DNA of 64,000 nt from positions 426 through 64,425 of the forward strand of contig JAITAV010000004.1 of the NCBI GenBank assembly GCA_031283895.1, written 5' to 3'. Positions 35,410 through 45,542 of this stretch are shown here, piece after piece; within the stretch, counting starts at the first letter, position 1; every line of letters begins with the position of its first letter. The DNA comes from Puniceicoccales bacterium. GTDB lineage: Bacteria > Verrucomicrobiota > Verrucomicrobiia > Opitutales > UBA9783. Made by a program: the position numbers and the translations under genes. A model generated the notes under the pieces. The model was not told the origin of the DNA, ran no database searches, and was given only the letters and a program-made list of their open reading frames with translations.

Positions 35410-36462
35410 ATGCAATTGCAGAGATTTAGCTTTAATGCATTAAAGGATTTTTTAAAACAGCAAAATGAGCCCATTTTTCGCTATAAACAGTTACAACAAG
35501 CTCTGTTCAGAGAACCTCATTTAACTTTTCACGAATTAACGACGCTTCCATTACCCTTACGAGAAAAACTTATTTCAGTCTTCGGGGACGACCTTTTACC
35601 TTTGCGACTATTGCGCGTTCAAAAAGGTATGCAAGCCAGTAAATACCTATTCGCATTACAAGACGGAGAAAGAATTGAAAGCGTATATATGCAGTTTCAA
35701 GAAGGTCTCAAGTCTTTGTGTATTTCAACGCAGGTTGGATGCGCATGCCGATGTGCTTTCTGTGCAACGGGAAAGATAGGCATTCAACGAAACTTGACGG
35801 TCGAAGAAATTTTAGGCCAAGTGTTATACGTATCAAAAACTGTCACACCTATAGATCGAATCACCATCATGGGTATGGGAGAAGCGTTACTCAATCCGCA
35901 TATTTTTGAAGTCATTCACCATTTTACGGCCACCGATGAATTTCAACTAAGCCCCTACAAATTAAGCATTTCAACCGTCGGCATTGTGCCAGGCATTAGA
36001 AAATTAACGCAACTTTATCCCCAAGTGACGCTTACGTTTTCTCTTCACTTCCCAAGTCAAACCTTGCGAGAACAATGGATGCCAACGGCACAACATCACC
36101 GTTTAGAAGATATTTTTGAAGCTCTGGACGAGAGGGCAAAATTAACAAACCGTAAAATTTATCTGGCTTACATGGTTATGGACGGCATTAACAATAGACT
36201 GCAAGATCTGGAAGCACTTAAGTCTATTTTTGAAGCGCGTGGTCCATTAAGACATCTATACCATGTAAATTTAATCCCCTTTCATCCGATTCCTCATTCA
36301 AAAGTGCAAGAAACTCATAAATCCGTTGTACTTCGATTCCAGAAACAGTTAAAACAACACCGTATCGTGGCAACTGTACGCCAGTCGTTTGGAAAATCCA
36401 TACAGGCCGCCTGCGGACAACTTTCGGCCGCATATCCAGTACATTTACAAAAATCTTCTTGA
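35410..36462 (+). CDS. rlmN: 23S rRNA/tRNA adenine-C2 methyltransferase (radical SAM, RlmN/Cfr family)
   Basis: 'CISTQVGCACRCAFCATG' (CxxxCxxC), 'GMGEALLN', 'ISTVG' and C-terminal 'CGQL'. ATG at 35410 (MQLQRFSF); the track start 35359 is GTG. Confidence 0.9.
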   Translation: MQLQRFSFNALKDFLKQQNEPIFRYKQLQQALFREPHLTFHELTTLPLPLREKLISVFGDDLLPLRLLRVQKGMQASKYLFALQDGERIESVYMQFQEGLKSLCISTQVGCACRCAFCATGKIGIQRNLTVEEILGQVLYVSKTVTPIDRITIMGMGEALLNPHIFEVIHHFTATDEFQLSPYKLSISTVGIVPGIRKLTQLYPQVTLTFSLHFPSQTLREQWMPTAQHHRLEDIFEALDERAKLTNRKIYLAYMVMDGINNRLQDLEALKSIFEARGPLRHLYHVNLIPFHPIPHSKVQETHKSVVLRFQKQLKQHRIVATVRQSFGKSIQAACGQLSAAYPVHLQKSS

Positions 36463-36613
36463 CTACGTAATTGCCCCATTCAAACTCACGGCAGTCTCGT
36501 TAAATCGACAGGAGAAACGCAATATATTTTAATTTTTTACAGATATTTAACGCATGTTTTGACTCATTGATTGTTCGTAATGCGCAAAAAATGGATGTTC
36601 ATTCATTAAATTT

Positions 36614-37249
36614 ATGCATTTTTTAAAAAAGCAATATATTCTTGATGTGCTCAATCAATTGTACCCAAATCCACAGGCCAGTTTACTGTTTGCGGATCAA
36701 CCCTTTAAATTATTGATCGCTACCCTACTTTCGGCTCGTTGCAAAGATACTCAAGTCAACAAAGTAACCCCCATTTTATTTCAAAAAGCTCCCACACCTC
36801 AAGCTATGATTCAACTTCCAATTGCAACGATTCAAAACATCATACAACCTTGCGGTCTTTCTCGGGCAAAAGCTAACAACATTTGGCAATTATCCCACAT
36901 GTTATGTGAGCAATTCCATGGACAAGTTCCCAATAATTTTGAAGATTTGGAAAATCTACCCGGCATTGGGCATAAAACAGCTTCTGTCGTTCTAGGGCAC
37001 GCGTTTCACCAACCCACATTTCCAGTCGACACGCATATTCATCGTCTTGCCCTTCGTTGGGGTTTATCTCATAAACATTCCGTCAAACAAATTGAACAAG
37101 ATTTGAAAACTCTTTTTCCGCAGAACACGTGGTTTAAACTACATCTACAAATGATTTATTACGGCCGTGAATACTGCAATCGCCGTCAATGTACGCATAC
37201 ACACCTGTGTCTCATTTGTCAAAAGTTAACGAAAAATGACGAGCGTTAA
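36614..37249 (+). CDS. nth: endonuclease III
   Basis: HhH-GPD: 'LLSARCKDTQVN', 'LENLPGIGHKTASVVLGHAF', 'FPVDTHIHRLALRWGL', plus a C-terminal Cys cluster. Confidence 0.9.
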   Translation: MHFLKKQYILDVLNQLYPNPQASLLFADQPFKLLIATLLSARCKDTQVNKVTPILFQKAPTPQAMIQLPIATIQNIIQPCGLSRAKANNIWQLSHMLCEQFHGQVPNNFEDLENLPGIGHKTASVVLGHAFHQPTFPVDTHIHRLALRWGLSHKHSVKQIEQDLKTLFPQNTWFKLHLQMIYYGREYCNRRQCTHTHLCLICQKLTKNDER

Positions 37250-38650
37250 GTCGTCTGATAACCGATCTGATCCCGAAAAATCTTCTACACTCTTTACAAT
37301 TTTTTGAACCAATTCCTTAGGCGGTTTGTCCCTGTTCTCATCTATAACTTTAAACAAATTTTGCTGTGAAAACTCTTGATTTTGAGCATTCAAAGCTTCC
37401 GTCACACCATCCGTGTACAAAATGCACGTATCTCCACGTTTAAAGTCGTAAGTTGCTTCCTCAAGCAAATTATCAAAGATTTCACTCGACACCATTCCAA
37501 GCCCAATCCCTTGAGGCATTAATTTTTTGACAGGTAAGTCGGGTTTAATCAGTAAAGGACATTCATGTCCAGCTCTCGAAATTTTCAAAGTTTGACAACT
37601 TGTATCTAAAACACAATAAACCATCGTGACGAACATTTCTTGACTTGTCTCAGCATATAAATATTGGTTCATTATTTTCAGCACAGCAGCCGGTGAATCA
37701 TACAAACAAGTGCAGTGTTTTAAATGCGCAACACAGGTTGTCATTAACAGAGAAGCGGCAATTCCTTTACCAGCAACGTCAGCTACAACGAATGCAGTAC
37801 GATCATCATCTAATTTGAATAGAGTATAGAAATCACCGCCGATTTGTTGCGCCGATTTACAGTAAGCGGAGAAATCGCAATGAGACAGTTTTATGAAATC
37901 AGAACACGGCAGCAAAAAAGATTGCACATGGCTTGCTAGTTTTAAATCAAAATCCAACTTACTTTTTTCAATTTGACAATTGATAGATTTAACATTGTGC
38001 AGCATAATACCTGCCTGCTGAGTAATTAATTCCAATAAACGACCGGTATTTTTCGAAAAAGGTACATCGCGTGTCGAATTTGCAACTGCCAAAATACCCA
38101 ATAACTCATTTCCAAAACAAACAGGAGAAATTAACAAATTTTTTATCCTCAAGGCTTCATCTAAGTGGTGAACGACATAACGGTCGATACCACCTGCTTC
38201 TAAAGCAATTGGATGGAGCGTTTGAGCAATTTCACCCACGATGCCTTCACCGTAATGAAATATCTCCCCTTGATATATCAACGATAAAATTTCTGCACGC
38301 GATAAATGATCAGGAATTTTTGTCTTTAGAGGAGGGAATAGGCCTTCACTTGCAACTTTTTTGAGCTGCTTGGAATCTGGAAAGTATTCATAAAAACAAG
38401 CACTCATACCTTCGGTACTGGCTAAACTGCTGTGCAATATTAAATGATAGAGCTGTTTTTGTGAAACGCCTTGGCTTATTGCATGCATAAATGCATGCAA
38501 TAAGTCTAAAATAATTGTTTTTTCTTTTTCAGTACATGCCCGTATATCTTCTTGCTTGGAGTACGCCGACCTAGCTTTTAAATAAAGCGCCATCAACCCG
38601 ACGCATCCCACCAAAATTCCCAATACAACATACACAACTTCCGAAATCAT
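37226..38650 (-). CDS. membrane-anchored GAF + PP2C/SpoIIE serine phosphatase (RsbU-like)
   Basis: N-terminal TM 'VVYVVLGILVGCVGLMALYL', a GAF-like segment ('GEGIVGEIAQT...LISPVCFGNELLGILAVANS'), and PP2C 'GGDFYTLF...FVVADVAGKGIAASLLM...TDGVTEA...DDLTLV'. Confidence 0.85.
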   Translation of the reverse strand: MISEVVYVVLGILVGCVGLMALYLKARSAYSKQEDIRACTEKEKTIILDLLHAFMHAISQGVSQKQLYHLILHSSLASTEGMSACFYEYFPDSKQLKKVASEGLFPPLKTKIPDHLSRAEILSLIYQGEIFHYGEGIVGEIAQTLHPIALEAGGIDRYVVHHLDEALRIKNLLISPVCFGNELLGILAVANSTRDVPFSKNTGRLLELITQQAGIMLHNVKSINCQIEKSKLDFDLKLASHVQSFLLPCSDFIKLSHCDFSAYCKSAQQIGGDFYTLFKLDDDRTAFVVADVAGKGIAASLLMTTCVAHLKHCTCLYDSPAAVLKIMNQYLYAETSQEMFVTMVYCVLDTSCQTLKISRAGHECPLLIKPDLPVKKLMPQGIGLGMVSSEIFDNLLEEATYDFKRGDTCILYTDGVTEALNAQNQEFSQQNLFKVIDENRDKPPKELVQKIVKSVEDFSGSDRLSDDLTLVIFR

Positions 38651-39132
38651 TTTTGTGAAGACAAATATTGTACAACATCCTGAAATCGAACTCTATTTTG
38701 TGCATTAATTTCCATCAAAAATTTGTGAGCATTCAGCAAAAATTCGGATTGTACTCCCCTTTTTTGCTCATTTTTTAAGCAGAATCCCACTTGTTCTACA
38801 CGTGCAATATCTTCGACCAAGTGAACCCACAAATCTAACCCAAGTAGTTTAACCGTTTCTAAAAGTTTAGCGTTTAGGCCACTAAATACGCAAAGTCCCC
38901 CTAGGTTTCTTAATTTTAGAGCTAATCCAGCTAAAATTCCAAGACACGTACTATCGATACCGCTACACTCTTCAAATAAGAAACAATATTTAACACAATT
39001 TTCTTTAAGTTTTTTTTGCAAAAACTCATTCAGGGATGGACAATTTAGATAGGTAGCTCTCCCCTTGATTCTGACCAATACGGAATCTTCATTTTCATTA
39101 ATCCAATAAACGGGTTCCTCTTTGTTATCCAT
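38647..39132 (-). CDS. STAS-domain protein (anti-sigma-factor-antagonist-like)
   Basis: 'VRIKGRATYLNCPSLNEFL' and 'GIDSTCLGILAGLALKL' (conserved DS[ST] phospho-site loop). Its stop overlaps the phosphatase start (ATGA). ATG at 39132; the track start is GTG at 39177. Confidence 0.75.
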   Translation of the reverse strand: MDNKEEPVYWINENEDSVLVRIKGRATYLNCPSLNEFLQKKLKENCVKYCFLFEECSGIDSTCLGILAGLALKLRNLGGLCVFSGLNAKLLETVKLLGLDLWVHLVEDIARVEQVGFCLKNEQKRGVQSEFLLNAHKFLMEINAQNRVRFQDVVQYLSSQK

Positions 39133-39371
39133 AAGGTACGTATGGCATAAGAGGACTTCGTATGTCAATGCCAACACGTTGATAATTATAGAAAATTCGT
39201 AATCAAAAGCAAGTATTTTACTGTCAAATCTTTAAATTAACAATGAGACTAAATTATTTACACTTTTGCATTGATTCATCCAATAATATGCCACATGGTA
39301 GCATGCACAGATCAATGTATAACCCTTAACCCTTTTACGAGGAAAGTCCTTGTAGGAGATGAGTATAAATT

Positions 39372-41045
39372 ATGACAACAATCATGGATAGTTTGCTGGA
39401 TGCAAACTCACTTAAGTGTCTAAAACAAAATTCAATCGTTGCAGGTACGATTTCTGAAATTCGACCTAATGAAGTTGCCGTCAATATTGGAGCTAAAACG
39501 GAAGGGATTATTCCTGCCAGTGAATTTCCAAATTTTGATGAGCTATCGGTAGGTGAACAAGTAGAAGTCTTTGTTGAGCGCGTTGAAAATATAGAAGGCC
39601 GTCCCGTTTTATCGTACGACAAAGCCCAACAACAAAAAAATTGGGAAAAGATTTTGGAAAAATGCGAAGAAGGCGAAGAACTTTCCGGACGTGTAAAAGG
39701 TAAGATCAAAGGTGGCTTAATCGTCAGCATTGGTGTAGATGCGTTTTTGCCGGCTTCTCAAATTGACGTTCAGGCTCCCAAAAATTTGGATCAATACATA
39801 GGTCAAACTTTCGATTTAAAGATCGTAAAAATTAATAAAGAACGCCGTAACATTGTTGTTTCTCGCCGTGAATTAATTGAATCTCAACGCCAAAAGAAAC
39901 GTCAACAAATATTGAAAGAAATTGAAGTGGGATCCATACGTAAAGGTATTGTTAAAAACATCACCGATTACGGGACTTTCATTGATTTGGATGGACTAGA
40001 TGGGTTGTTACACATCACCGATATGACTTGGGGACGCATTTCTCACCCCAATGAAATGCTTAAAATAGGTGAAGAAATTGAAGTGATGATTACCGATGTC
40101 GATCGCGAAAAAGAACGCGTTTCATTGGGCATCAAACAAATGCATGCTAATCCATGGGACCAAATTGAAAGGCGTTACCCGGTAGGTTCTAAAGTTCGTG
40201 GCAAAGTGGTTAACTTAGTTCCCTATGGTGCTTTTGTTGAATTGGAAGAAGGGGTCGAAGGACTTATTCACATTACAGAATTCTCTTGGACAAAGCGCGT
40301 TAATAAACCCAGTGAAATGCTGCGCGTGGGCGACGAAGTTGAAGCGGTCATATTAGATGTTCAAAAAAATGAGCAAAAGATTTCTTTAGGTATTCGTCAG
40401 TTATCAGAAAACCCATGGGATATGGTCCTACACAACTACCCAGTTGGAGCACGCGTACGTGGCAAGGTACGTAATTTAACGACCTATGGTGCATTTATTG
40501 AGTTAGAAGAAGGTATTGATGGCATGGTCCACATTTCAGATATGACTTGGACACGGAAAATCAGTCATCCGGGAGAAATATTAAAAAAGGGAGATGAAAT
40601 CGATGCTATTGTACTCGAAGTAGATCCTTCTCAGCAACGCATTTCGTTGGGTGTTAAACAATTAAGTGAAGATCCATGGTCCCGTATTGAAACATTGTAT
40701 AAGATTGGTGATATCGTTACGGGCAAAGTGGCTAAAGTTGCTTCCTATGGTGCATTCATTGAACTCCAAAATGACATTGATGGACTCGTACACATTAGTC
40801 AAATGAGTGAAGAACATGTCGAAAAACTCAAAAATATTATCAAAGTGGGTGATACTGTGGAAGCTCGCGTTATCAAAATTGATAAAGACGAACGTCGCTT
40901 AGGTTTATCCATTAAAGCCGCCACTTACGACGAATCACGTCTGGCAGAAGAAATTAAGTTATACGATACGACCGAAGCCAATCAAGATTTAACCAATTTG
41001 GGTGATTTGTTGGATCAAGCGACACAGGCTAAGCGTTCCGAATAG
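39372..41045 (+). CDS. rpsA: 30S ribosomal protein S1
   Basis: 557 aa with six S1 repeats (repeated 'G..v.G.V..l..yGAFvel..g.dGl.HiS' blocks). AGGAG lies 15-19 nt upstream. Confidence 0.95.
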   Translation: MTTIMDSLLDANSLKCLKQNSIVAGTISEIRPNEVAVNIGAKTEGIIPASEFPNFDELSVGEQVEVFVERVENIEGRPVLSYDKAQQQKNWEKILEKCEEGEELSGRVKGKIKGGLIVSIGVDAFLPASQIDVQAPKNLDQYIGQTFDLKIVKINKERRNIVVSRRELIESQRQKKRQQILKEIEVGSIRKGIVKNITDYGTFIDLDGLDGLLHITDMTWGRISHPNEMLKIGEEIEVMITDVDREKERVSLGIKQMHANPWDQIERRYPVGSKVRGKVVNLVPYGAFVELEEGVEGLIHITEFSWTKRVNKPSEMLRVGDEVEAVILDVQKNEQKISLGIRQLSENPWDMVLHNYPVGARVRGKVRNLTTYGAFIELEEGIDGMVHISDMTWTRKISHPGEILKKGDEIDAIVLEVDPSQQRISLGVKQLSEDPWSRIETLYKIGDIVTGKVAKVASYGAFIELQNDIDGLVHISQMSEEHVEKLKNIIKVGDTVEARVIKIDKDERRLGLSIKAATYDESRLAEEIKLYDTTEANQDLTNLGDLLDQATQAKRSE

Positions 41046-41079
41046 GTATATACATAAAGATGCTTCTATTTGAGCACCT

Positions 41080-42939
41080 TTGAATAAGTTAGTACGTATG
41101 TTCAAATTGTTTACTTATGGTTTAAAACTAGGCATTTATAGTTTTTGTTTGGCTTCGAGTATCGCACTCGCTTATATCCTCAAGTACGAATTTTCAATTC
41201 CACTATCGATGCAAGAAGTTATGTGGCATAACATTTGTACGTTAGTCCCTATAAAGATAATCACGCTCATATTAGTGGGCGAATTTAAAGGGATTTTTTC
41301 TTATTTCCGCCTGCCGGATTTGGTTAAAATTGTGAGCTGTTTTTCCATCATATCCTTTGTTTTCCTACTATCAAAATTTTATATTCAAAGCTCTCTACTT
41401 CCTTCTCGAGAAATTATTTTGGCAGATTTATTGTTTTCGATTTTGTTTATATTATTTTTTAGAACTAGCCTACGTATTATTAATAACCGTGGAATTTTTA
41501 ATAAAACGCATAGGAAAGGTCGTCCCGGAAGCATTAACGTTGCTGTCATTGGAACCAACGAAGTGGGGTCTGATATTATCACGGAACTAAAGAGTAAACA
41601 ATTCTACGGTTTGACGCCCGTAGCGGTGGTGGATGATGATTCAAAATATTATGGAAGAACTTTGCATGAAATTCCCATATTGGGAACACCCGAATGCTTG
41701 CGAGATTGTAAAGAACATTACAAAATTGAAGGGATGGTACTCGCATCACATAATCTTTCTACCAGACGACTCAACGAACTCTCTCAACTAGCTCAAGAAC
41801 TTAATTTAAAACTTCTAACAATCCCATCCCTTGGAGAATTCATTGAAGGACACGCTTTTGCAACACGCTTACGTACGTTAGACGTAGAAGATTTCTTGGA
41901 AAGGAAACCCATACACTTAAATTTAGAACGGAGTACGGCCCTTATTGCCGACCGAGTTGTCGCCATTACAGGCGCCGGAGGTTCTATCGGTCGAGAACTT
42001 TCTAAACAGATTGCCATTAAGCATCCGAGCCAACTTATTGTAATGGACCATTCGGAATACAACTTATTTAAAATCGAACAAGACTTACTGCGTGAAGGAT
42101 TATCTTGTATGCCCGTCTTAATAGATATAAGTAACGCCCGGGATGTTGAAAGCTGCTTACAAAGATACCATCCTGATTTAATCTATCATGCAGCTGCTTA
42201 CAAACACGTTCCGTTATTAGAAAATCAATCGCTTATAGCTTTAAAAAATAATGCCTTGGGTACAGGCATACTGGCAAGATTAGCCAGTAAAATGGAAGTA
42301 GAAAGGTTTGTATTAATTTCCACCGATAAAGCTATTAATCCCATTAACAATATGGGGGCGTCTAAACGCATTGCCGAAATGCTTTGCATGGCTTTGCAGC
42401 ATCAAGCTGAAAATCGAACTCAATTTATGGCAGTCAGATTTGGCAACGTTTTAGGATCAGCAGGCAGCGTACTACCGATCTTCAAAGAACAAATTGCACG
42501 TGGAGGTCCCATTACGGTAACACACCCGCAAATGACGCGGTTTTTTATGACCATTCCAGAAGCTGTTGGACTCATTTTGGAGGCTTCATCCTTTGAATCG
42601 GTTGCGGGGAAGACTTTTGTTTTAGACATGGGAAATCCAGTAAAAATCTTAGATGTGGCCAAAAAAATGATCGAACTTAATAACCTTCGTGTGGGTATTG
42701 ACATTGAAATTATATTTACAGGTATTCGGCCAGGAGAAAAACTGCACGAAGATTTAGTCTACAATCCAGATCATTTTGATAACACCATCCATCAACACAT
42801 ATGGCTTACGAAAGATTCTATGGAATATTTGTCACACATACGTACAGTAGATAGGCATTTGCAGGAGATAGAAAACTTGAATAACGATGAAGAAGGTATT
42901 CGATTCATACGCACACTAATTCCCCATTTTAAGATGTAA
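41080..42939 (+). CDS. membrane-bound nucleotide-sugar 4,6-dehydratase/epimerase (CapD/PglF/WbpM family)
   Basis: About 615 aa. Four N-terminal TMs, two Rossmann segments ('VAVIGTNEVG', 'VAITGAGGSIGREL'), catalytic 'AAAYKHVPLLE' and 'RFGNVLGSAGSV'. The track start is TTG; ATG at 41098. Confidence 0.85.
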   Translation: MNKLVRMFKLFTYGLKLGIYSFCLASSIALAYILKYEFSIPLSMQEVMWHNICTLVPIKIITLILVGEFKGIFSYFRLPDLVKIVSCFSIISFVFLLSKFYIQSSLLPSREIILADLLFSILFILFFRTSLRIINNRGIFNKTHRKGRPGSINVAVIGTNEVGSDIITELKSKQFYGLTPVAVVDDDSKYYGRTLHEIPILGTPECLRDCKEHYKIEGMVLASHNLSTRRLNELSQLAQELNLKLLTIPSLGEFIEGHAFATRLRTLDVEDFLERKPIHLNLERSTALIADRVVAITGAGGSIGRELSKQIAIKHPSQLIVMDHSEYNLFKIEQDLLREGLSCMPVLIDISNARDVESCLQRYHPDLIYHAAAYKHVPLLENQSLIALKNNALGTGILARLASKMEVERFVLISTDKAINPINNMGASKRIAEMLCMALQHQAENRTQFMAVRFGNVLGSAGSVLPIFKEQIARGGPITVTHPQMTRFFMTIPEAVGLILEASSFESVAGKTFVLDMGNPVKILDVAKKMIELNNLRVGIDIEIIFTGIRPGEKLHEDLVYNPDHFDNTIHQHIWLTKDSMEYLSHIRTVDRHLQEIENLNNDEEGIRFIRTLIPHFKM

Positions 42940-43047
42940 AATGGGGAGCTGTATTATCTGCGTATTTATTGTATCACGCCGAGTGTTTATCAAAAATAAT
43001 ACCGCAAGAAGATTGACTACCCAAACAAACATTTTTATGTTTATAGC

Positions 43048-43713
43048 ATGAGGAAAAGTCGGAGCATTTCTGAAGAAATTAAAGAAAAAGAAGATATGTC
43101 GACAGAATTTAAAATTTGGGCGTGGTTAGAACGTTATTGGAAAATTTTAGCTTCCATAGTTGCTGTCGTTGTTTGCACTTGGGCTTCATGTCTATTGGTA
43201 AGATGGTATCAGAGGAAACGCGTCCAACATTACCTTGCCCAATATGAACAGCAGAAAACCCTATCTGAACAGTTGCAGTGGGCAGAAAAAACGCTACCTC
43301 AAGGATTAAAATCGTTGCAAGGGTTTACTTTCCTTGAAAAAGCAAATGATGATTTTAGTCATAAAAATTATTTATCTGCCGTTCATTATTATCAAAAAGC
43401 AATGCAATATTTGACTATTTTTCCACTCTTGGAGCAAGCACAATTAGGTTACGCGTTTTCAAATATTTATGTATTTAATGTAGAAGAAGCCGAAAAAACT
43501 TTTCTCAACCTTGTTTGTTGTTCTTCTGACTACATACGAGCACAAGTTTTCTATGCACTGAGTTACATAGCGTACCAAAAGAATGATTCCAGAGCCTTTG
43601 ACGACTACTGCAAAGAATTAGCACGCTTCCCGGAAGGCGATGCTTTTTTAAGCCAACTCAACATCTTAAAAATAGTAGACACTTCCAATGATCAAAAAAA
43701 GAACTTGCTTTAA
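43048..43713 (+). CDS. bitopic TPR-like membrane protein (YfgM-like architecture)
   Basis: 221 aa with an acidic N-terminus, one TM ('ILASIVAVVVCTWASCLLV') and a helical-repeat periplasmic part. Overlaps the next gene by 26 nt. Confidence 0.45.
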   Translation: MRKSRSISEEIKEKEDMSTEFKIWAWLERYWKILASIVAVVVCTWASCLLVRWYQRKRVQHYLAQYEQQKTLSEQLQWAEKTLPQGLKSLQGFTFLEKANDDFSHKNYLSAVHYYQKAMQYLTIFPLLEQAQLGYAFSNIYVFNVEEAEKTFLNLVCCSSDYIRAQVFYALSYIAYQKNDSRAFDDYCKELARFPEGDAFLSQLNILKIVDTSNDQKKNLL

Positions 43714-44755
43714 CATTTCTGGTCGTCCCATTGGACCTCAGTATGAACCTTATTTCGTTGCAGAGTTATCAAGCAATCATCAACAATGCATTGAACATGC
43801 CAGGGGACTCATAAAACATGCAAAAGATGGTGGGGCTGATGCCGTAAAGATACAAACATACACGGCAGATACGCTTACTTTACCCATTAGGAATGATCAA
43901 TTCAAAATTGATGGGCCTGGGAGAATCCAATATTTATACGATTTGTATCAATTAAACTGTATTCCATTGTCATGGCATGAAGATTTAGCGGACTATGCAA
44001 AAAAGTTAAATATTGCACTTTTTAGTACCCCTTTTGATGAAACATCCGTTGATTTTTTGGAAAAAACAATTCACCCACCCGTATATAAAATTTCATCTTC
44101 CGAAATAACCCATTTACCATTACTCAAAAAAGTAGCATCCACCGAAAAACCTGTCATTTTAAGTACCGGCTTGGCAAAACCTGAAGAAATAGAAGAAGCG
44201 ATTGAAACCTTACGTAATCACGGATGCAAGCAATGGATGTTGTTAAAATGTATTTTCTCATACGCCACAGGTCAACTGAGTTTAAATCTACGCGCCATCT
44301 CACAACTACAAAAAAGGTATACTTGTCCCATAGGTATTTCGGATCATTTTCTGTCCCACAACATGGTTCTTGGAAGCGTTGCTCTGGGTGCATGCCTCGT
44401 GGAAAAGCATCTTATACTCACGCGCCAAGACGATGCAATGGACAGTAAAATTTCTCTGGAGCCAGAAGAATTTCGTTCTATGGTACGCGCTGCAAAAGAA
44501 TTGTACAAAGAACTCGGAGAAGCAGTCATTGGACCCATCAGTTCGGAAAATGATCCCTATCACCTCAAATATAGACGTTCCATCTATGCGTGCAAACGCA
44601 TAGAGAAGGGAGAAGTTTTTTCAATGGAAAATTTAAAAATTATACGTCCTGCTTTTGGTCTAGCTCCCAAACATTGGGAACAAGTTTTAGGGAAACAAGC
44701 AAAACATAACCTAGAAAAGGGCACCCCTTTATCTGCCGACGACATTGCTACTTAA
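43688..44755 (+). CDS. NeuB-family nonulosonic acid synthase (NeuB/PseI/LegI type) with C-terminal SAF domain
   Basis: 'ISGRPIGPQYEPYFVAELSSNH', 'GADAVKIQTY', 'YKISSSEITHLPLL', 'ISDH', and SAF 'KRIEKGEVFSMENLKIIRP'. Confidence 0.85.
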   Translation: MIKKRTCFNISGRPIGPQYEPYFVAELSSNHQQCIEHARGLIKHAKDGGADAVKIQTYTADTLTLPIRNDQFKIDGPGRIQYLYDLYQLNCIPLSWHEDLADYAKKLNIALFSTPFDETSVDFLEKTIHPPVYKISSSEITHLPLLKKVASTEKPVILSTGLAKPEEIEEAIETLRNHGCKQWMLLKCIFSYATGQLSLNLRAISQLQKRYTCPIGISDHFLSHNMVLGSVALGACLVEKHLILTRQDDAMDSKISLEPEEFRSMVRAAKELYKELGEAVIGPISSENDPYHLKYRRSIYACKRIEKGEVFSMENLKIIRPAFGLAPKHWEQVLGKQAKHNLEKGTPLSADDIAT

Positions 44756-44871
44756 GTGTCGGCAGTCCATATTCATAATTCACAAATATCAGACAGGTTT
44801 ATTGTGCGCAGTTCCTTTCAGGTTTAGAGCAAGAAAACTTAATTTTGCTTTAAAAATAGAGGCCTACGTCG

Positions 44872-45480
44872 TTACGACAGAGGGTGTTGGAGTAGTGTTA
44901 TTTGAATAAATTCCGAAGCCAAAAAATTAATATCAATTTTTTGGTCTACTAAAATTTCCTGTAAAGATACGGCGTTTTCTTGAACCTCCTTTGACCAAAG
45001 TTCATGGTGTGCATGGTATATATTCATTCCAAAACCCATGACCCAAGCCGTCGTTAAATTGTTTTCAACTTTTGATTCCAATAACATGCCGCTGAGCTTT
45101 TTCCCTTCCCACAAAATATCGTTGGGATCCTTCAAATAAAAAGGCTTACGAAATAACTGTATTAGTTTCTCACAAAAGCACCGATTGAGTAAAACGCGAA
45201 TTTCATTTAATTTTTCTGGCAATATGCATTCTCTAAAGCCAATGGTTAAACTGAGTTGTCCATGATTATCTTCCCAAATTCGACCGTGAGTACCTCGCCC
45301 TTGGGTTTGAATTTTACTTAAGACAATGACGCATCGATCTTGGACCGTATCCAACAGTCGAAATGCTTCTAAATTTGTACTATCAATAACCTCGTAAACA
45401 AATAAAGGATAGTGGGCACACTTACCGGTGAGTAGCTTTTGTAATCGTTGGACGTCTAACTCATGTTTCATACCAACCAT
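44872..45480 (-). CDS. birA: biotin--protein ligase catalytic domain protein (short, no DNA-binding domain)
   Basis: 'VIDSTNLEAFRL' and 'KIQTQGRGTHGRIWEDNHGQLSLTIGF' (GRGRxGRxW motif). At 202 aa it appears to lack the usual C-terminal cap domain. Confidence 0.7.
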   Translation of the reverse strand: MVGMKHELDVQRLQKLLTGKCAHYPLFVYEVIDSTNLEAFRLLDTVQDRCVIVLSKIQTQGRGTHGRIWEDNHGQLSLTIGFRECILPEKLNEIRVLLNRCFCEKLIQLFRKPFYLKDPNDILWEGKKLSGMLLESKVENNLTTAWVMGFGMNIYHAHHELWSKEVQENAVSLQEILVDQKIDINFLASEFIQITLLQHPLS

Positions 45481-45542
45481 TGCACGTTCATTTTACTCCG
45501 TAACTCACCTTTTACCTAGAAAAGTACCTCATAAATTATGGC

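Noticed and set aside
39340-39352. GAGGAAAGTCC, identical to the start of the universally conserved RNase P RNA P4 motif (GAGGAAAGUCCGGGC).
   Set aside because: Only 11 nt match. It lies 20 nt before the rpsA ATG, so a 350-400-nt RNase P RNA would have to overlap the S1 coding region. The flanks show none of the other conserved RNase P segments. It more likely contributes the AGGA/AGGAG ribosome-binding context of rpsA.
39335-39730. 131-aa minus-strand ORF.
   Set aside because: It is antisense to the unambiguous rpsA gene.
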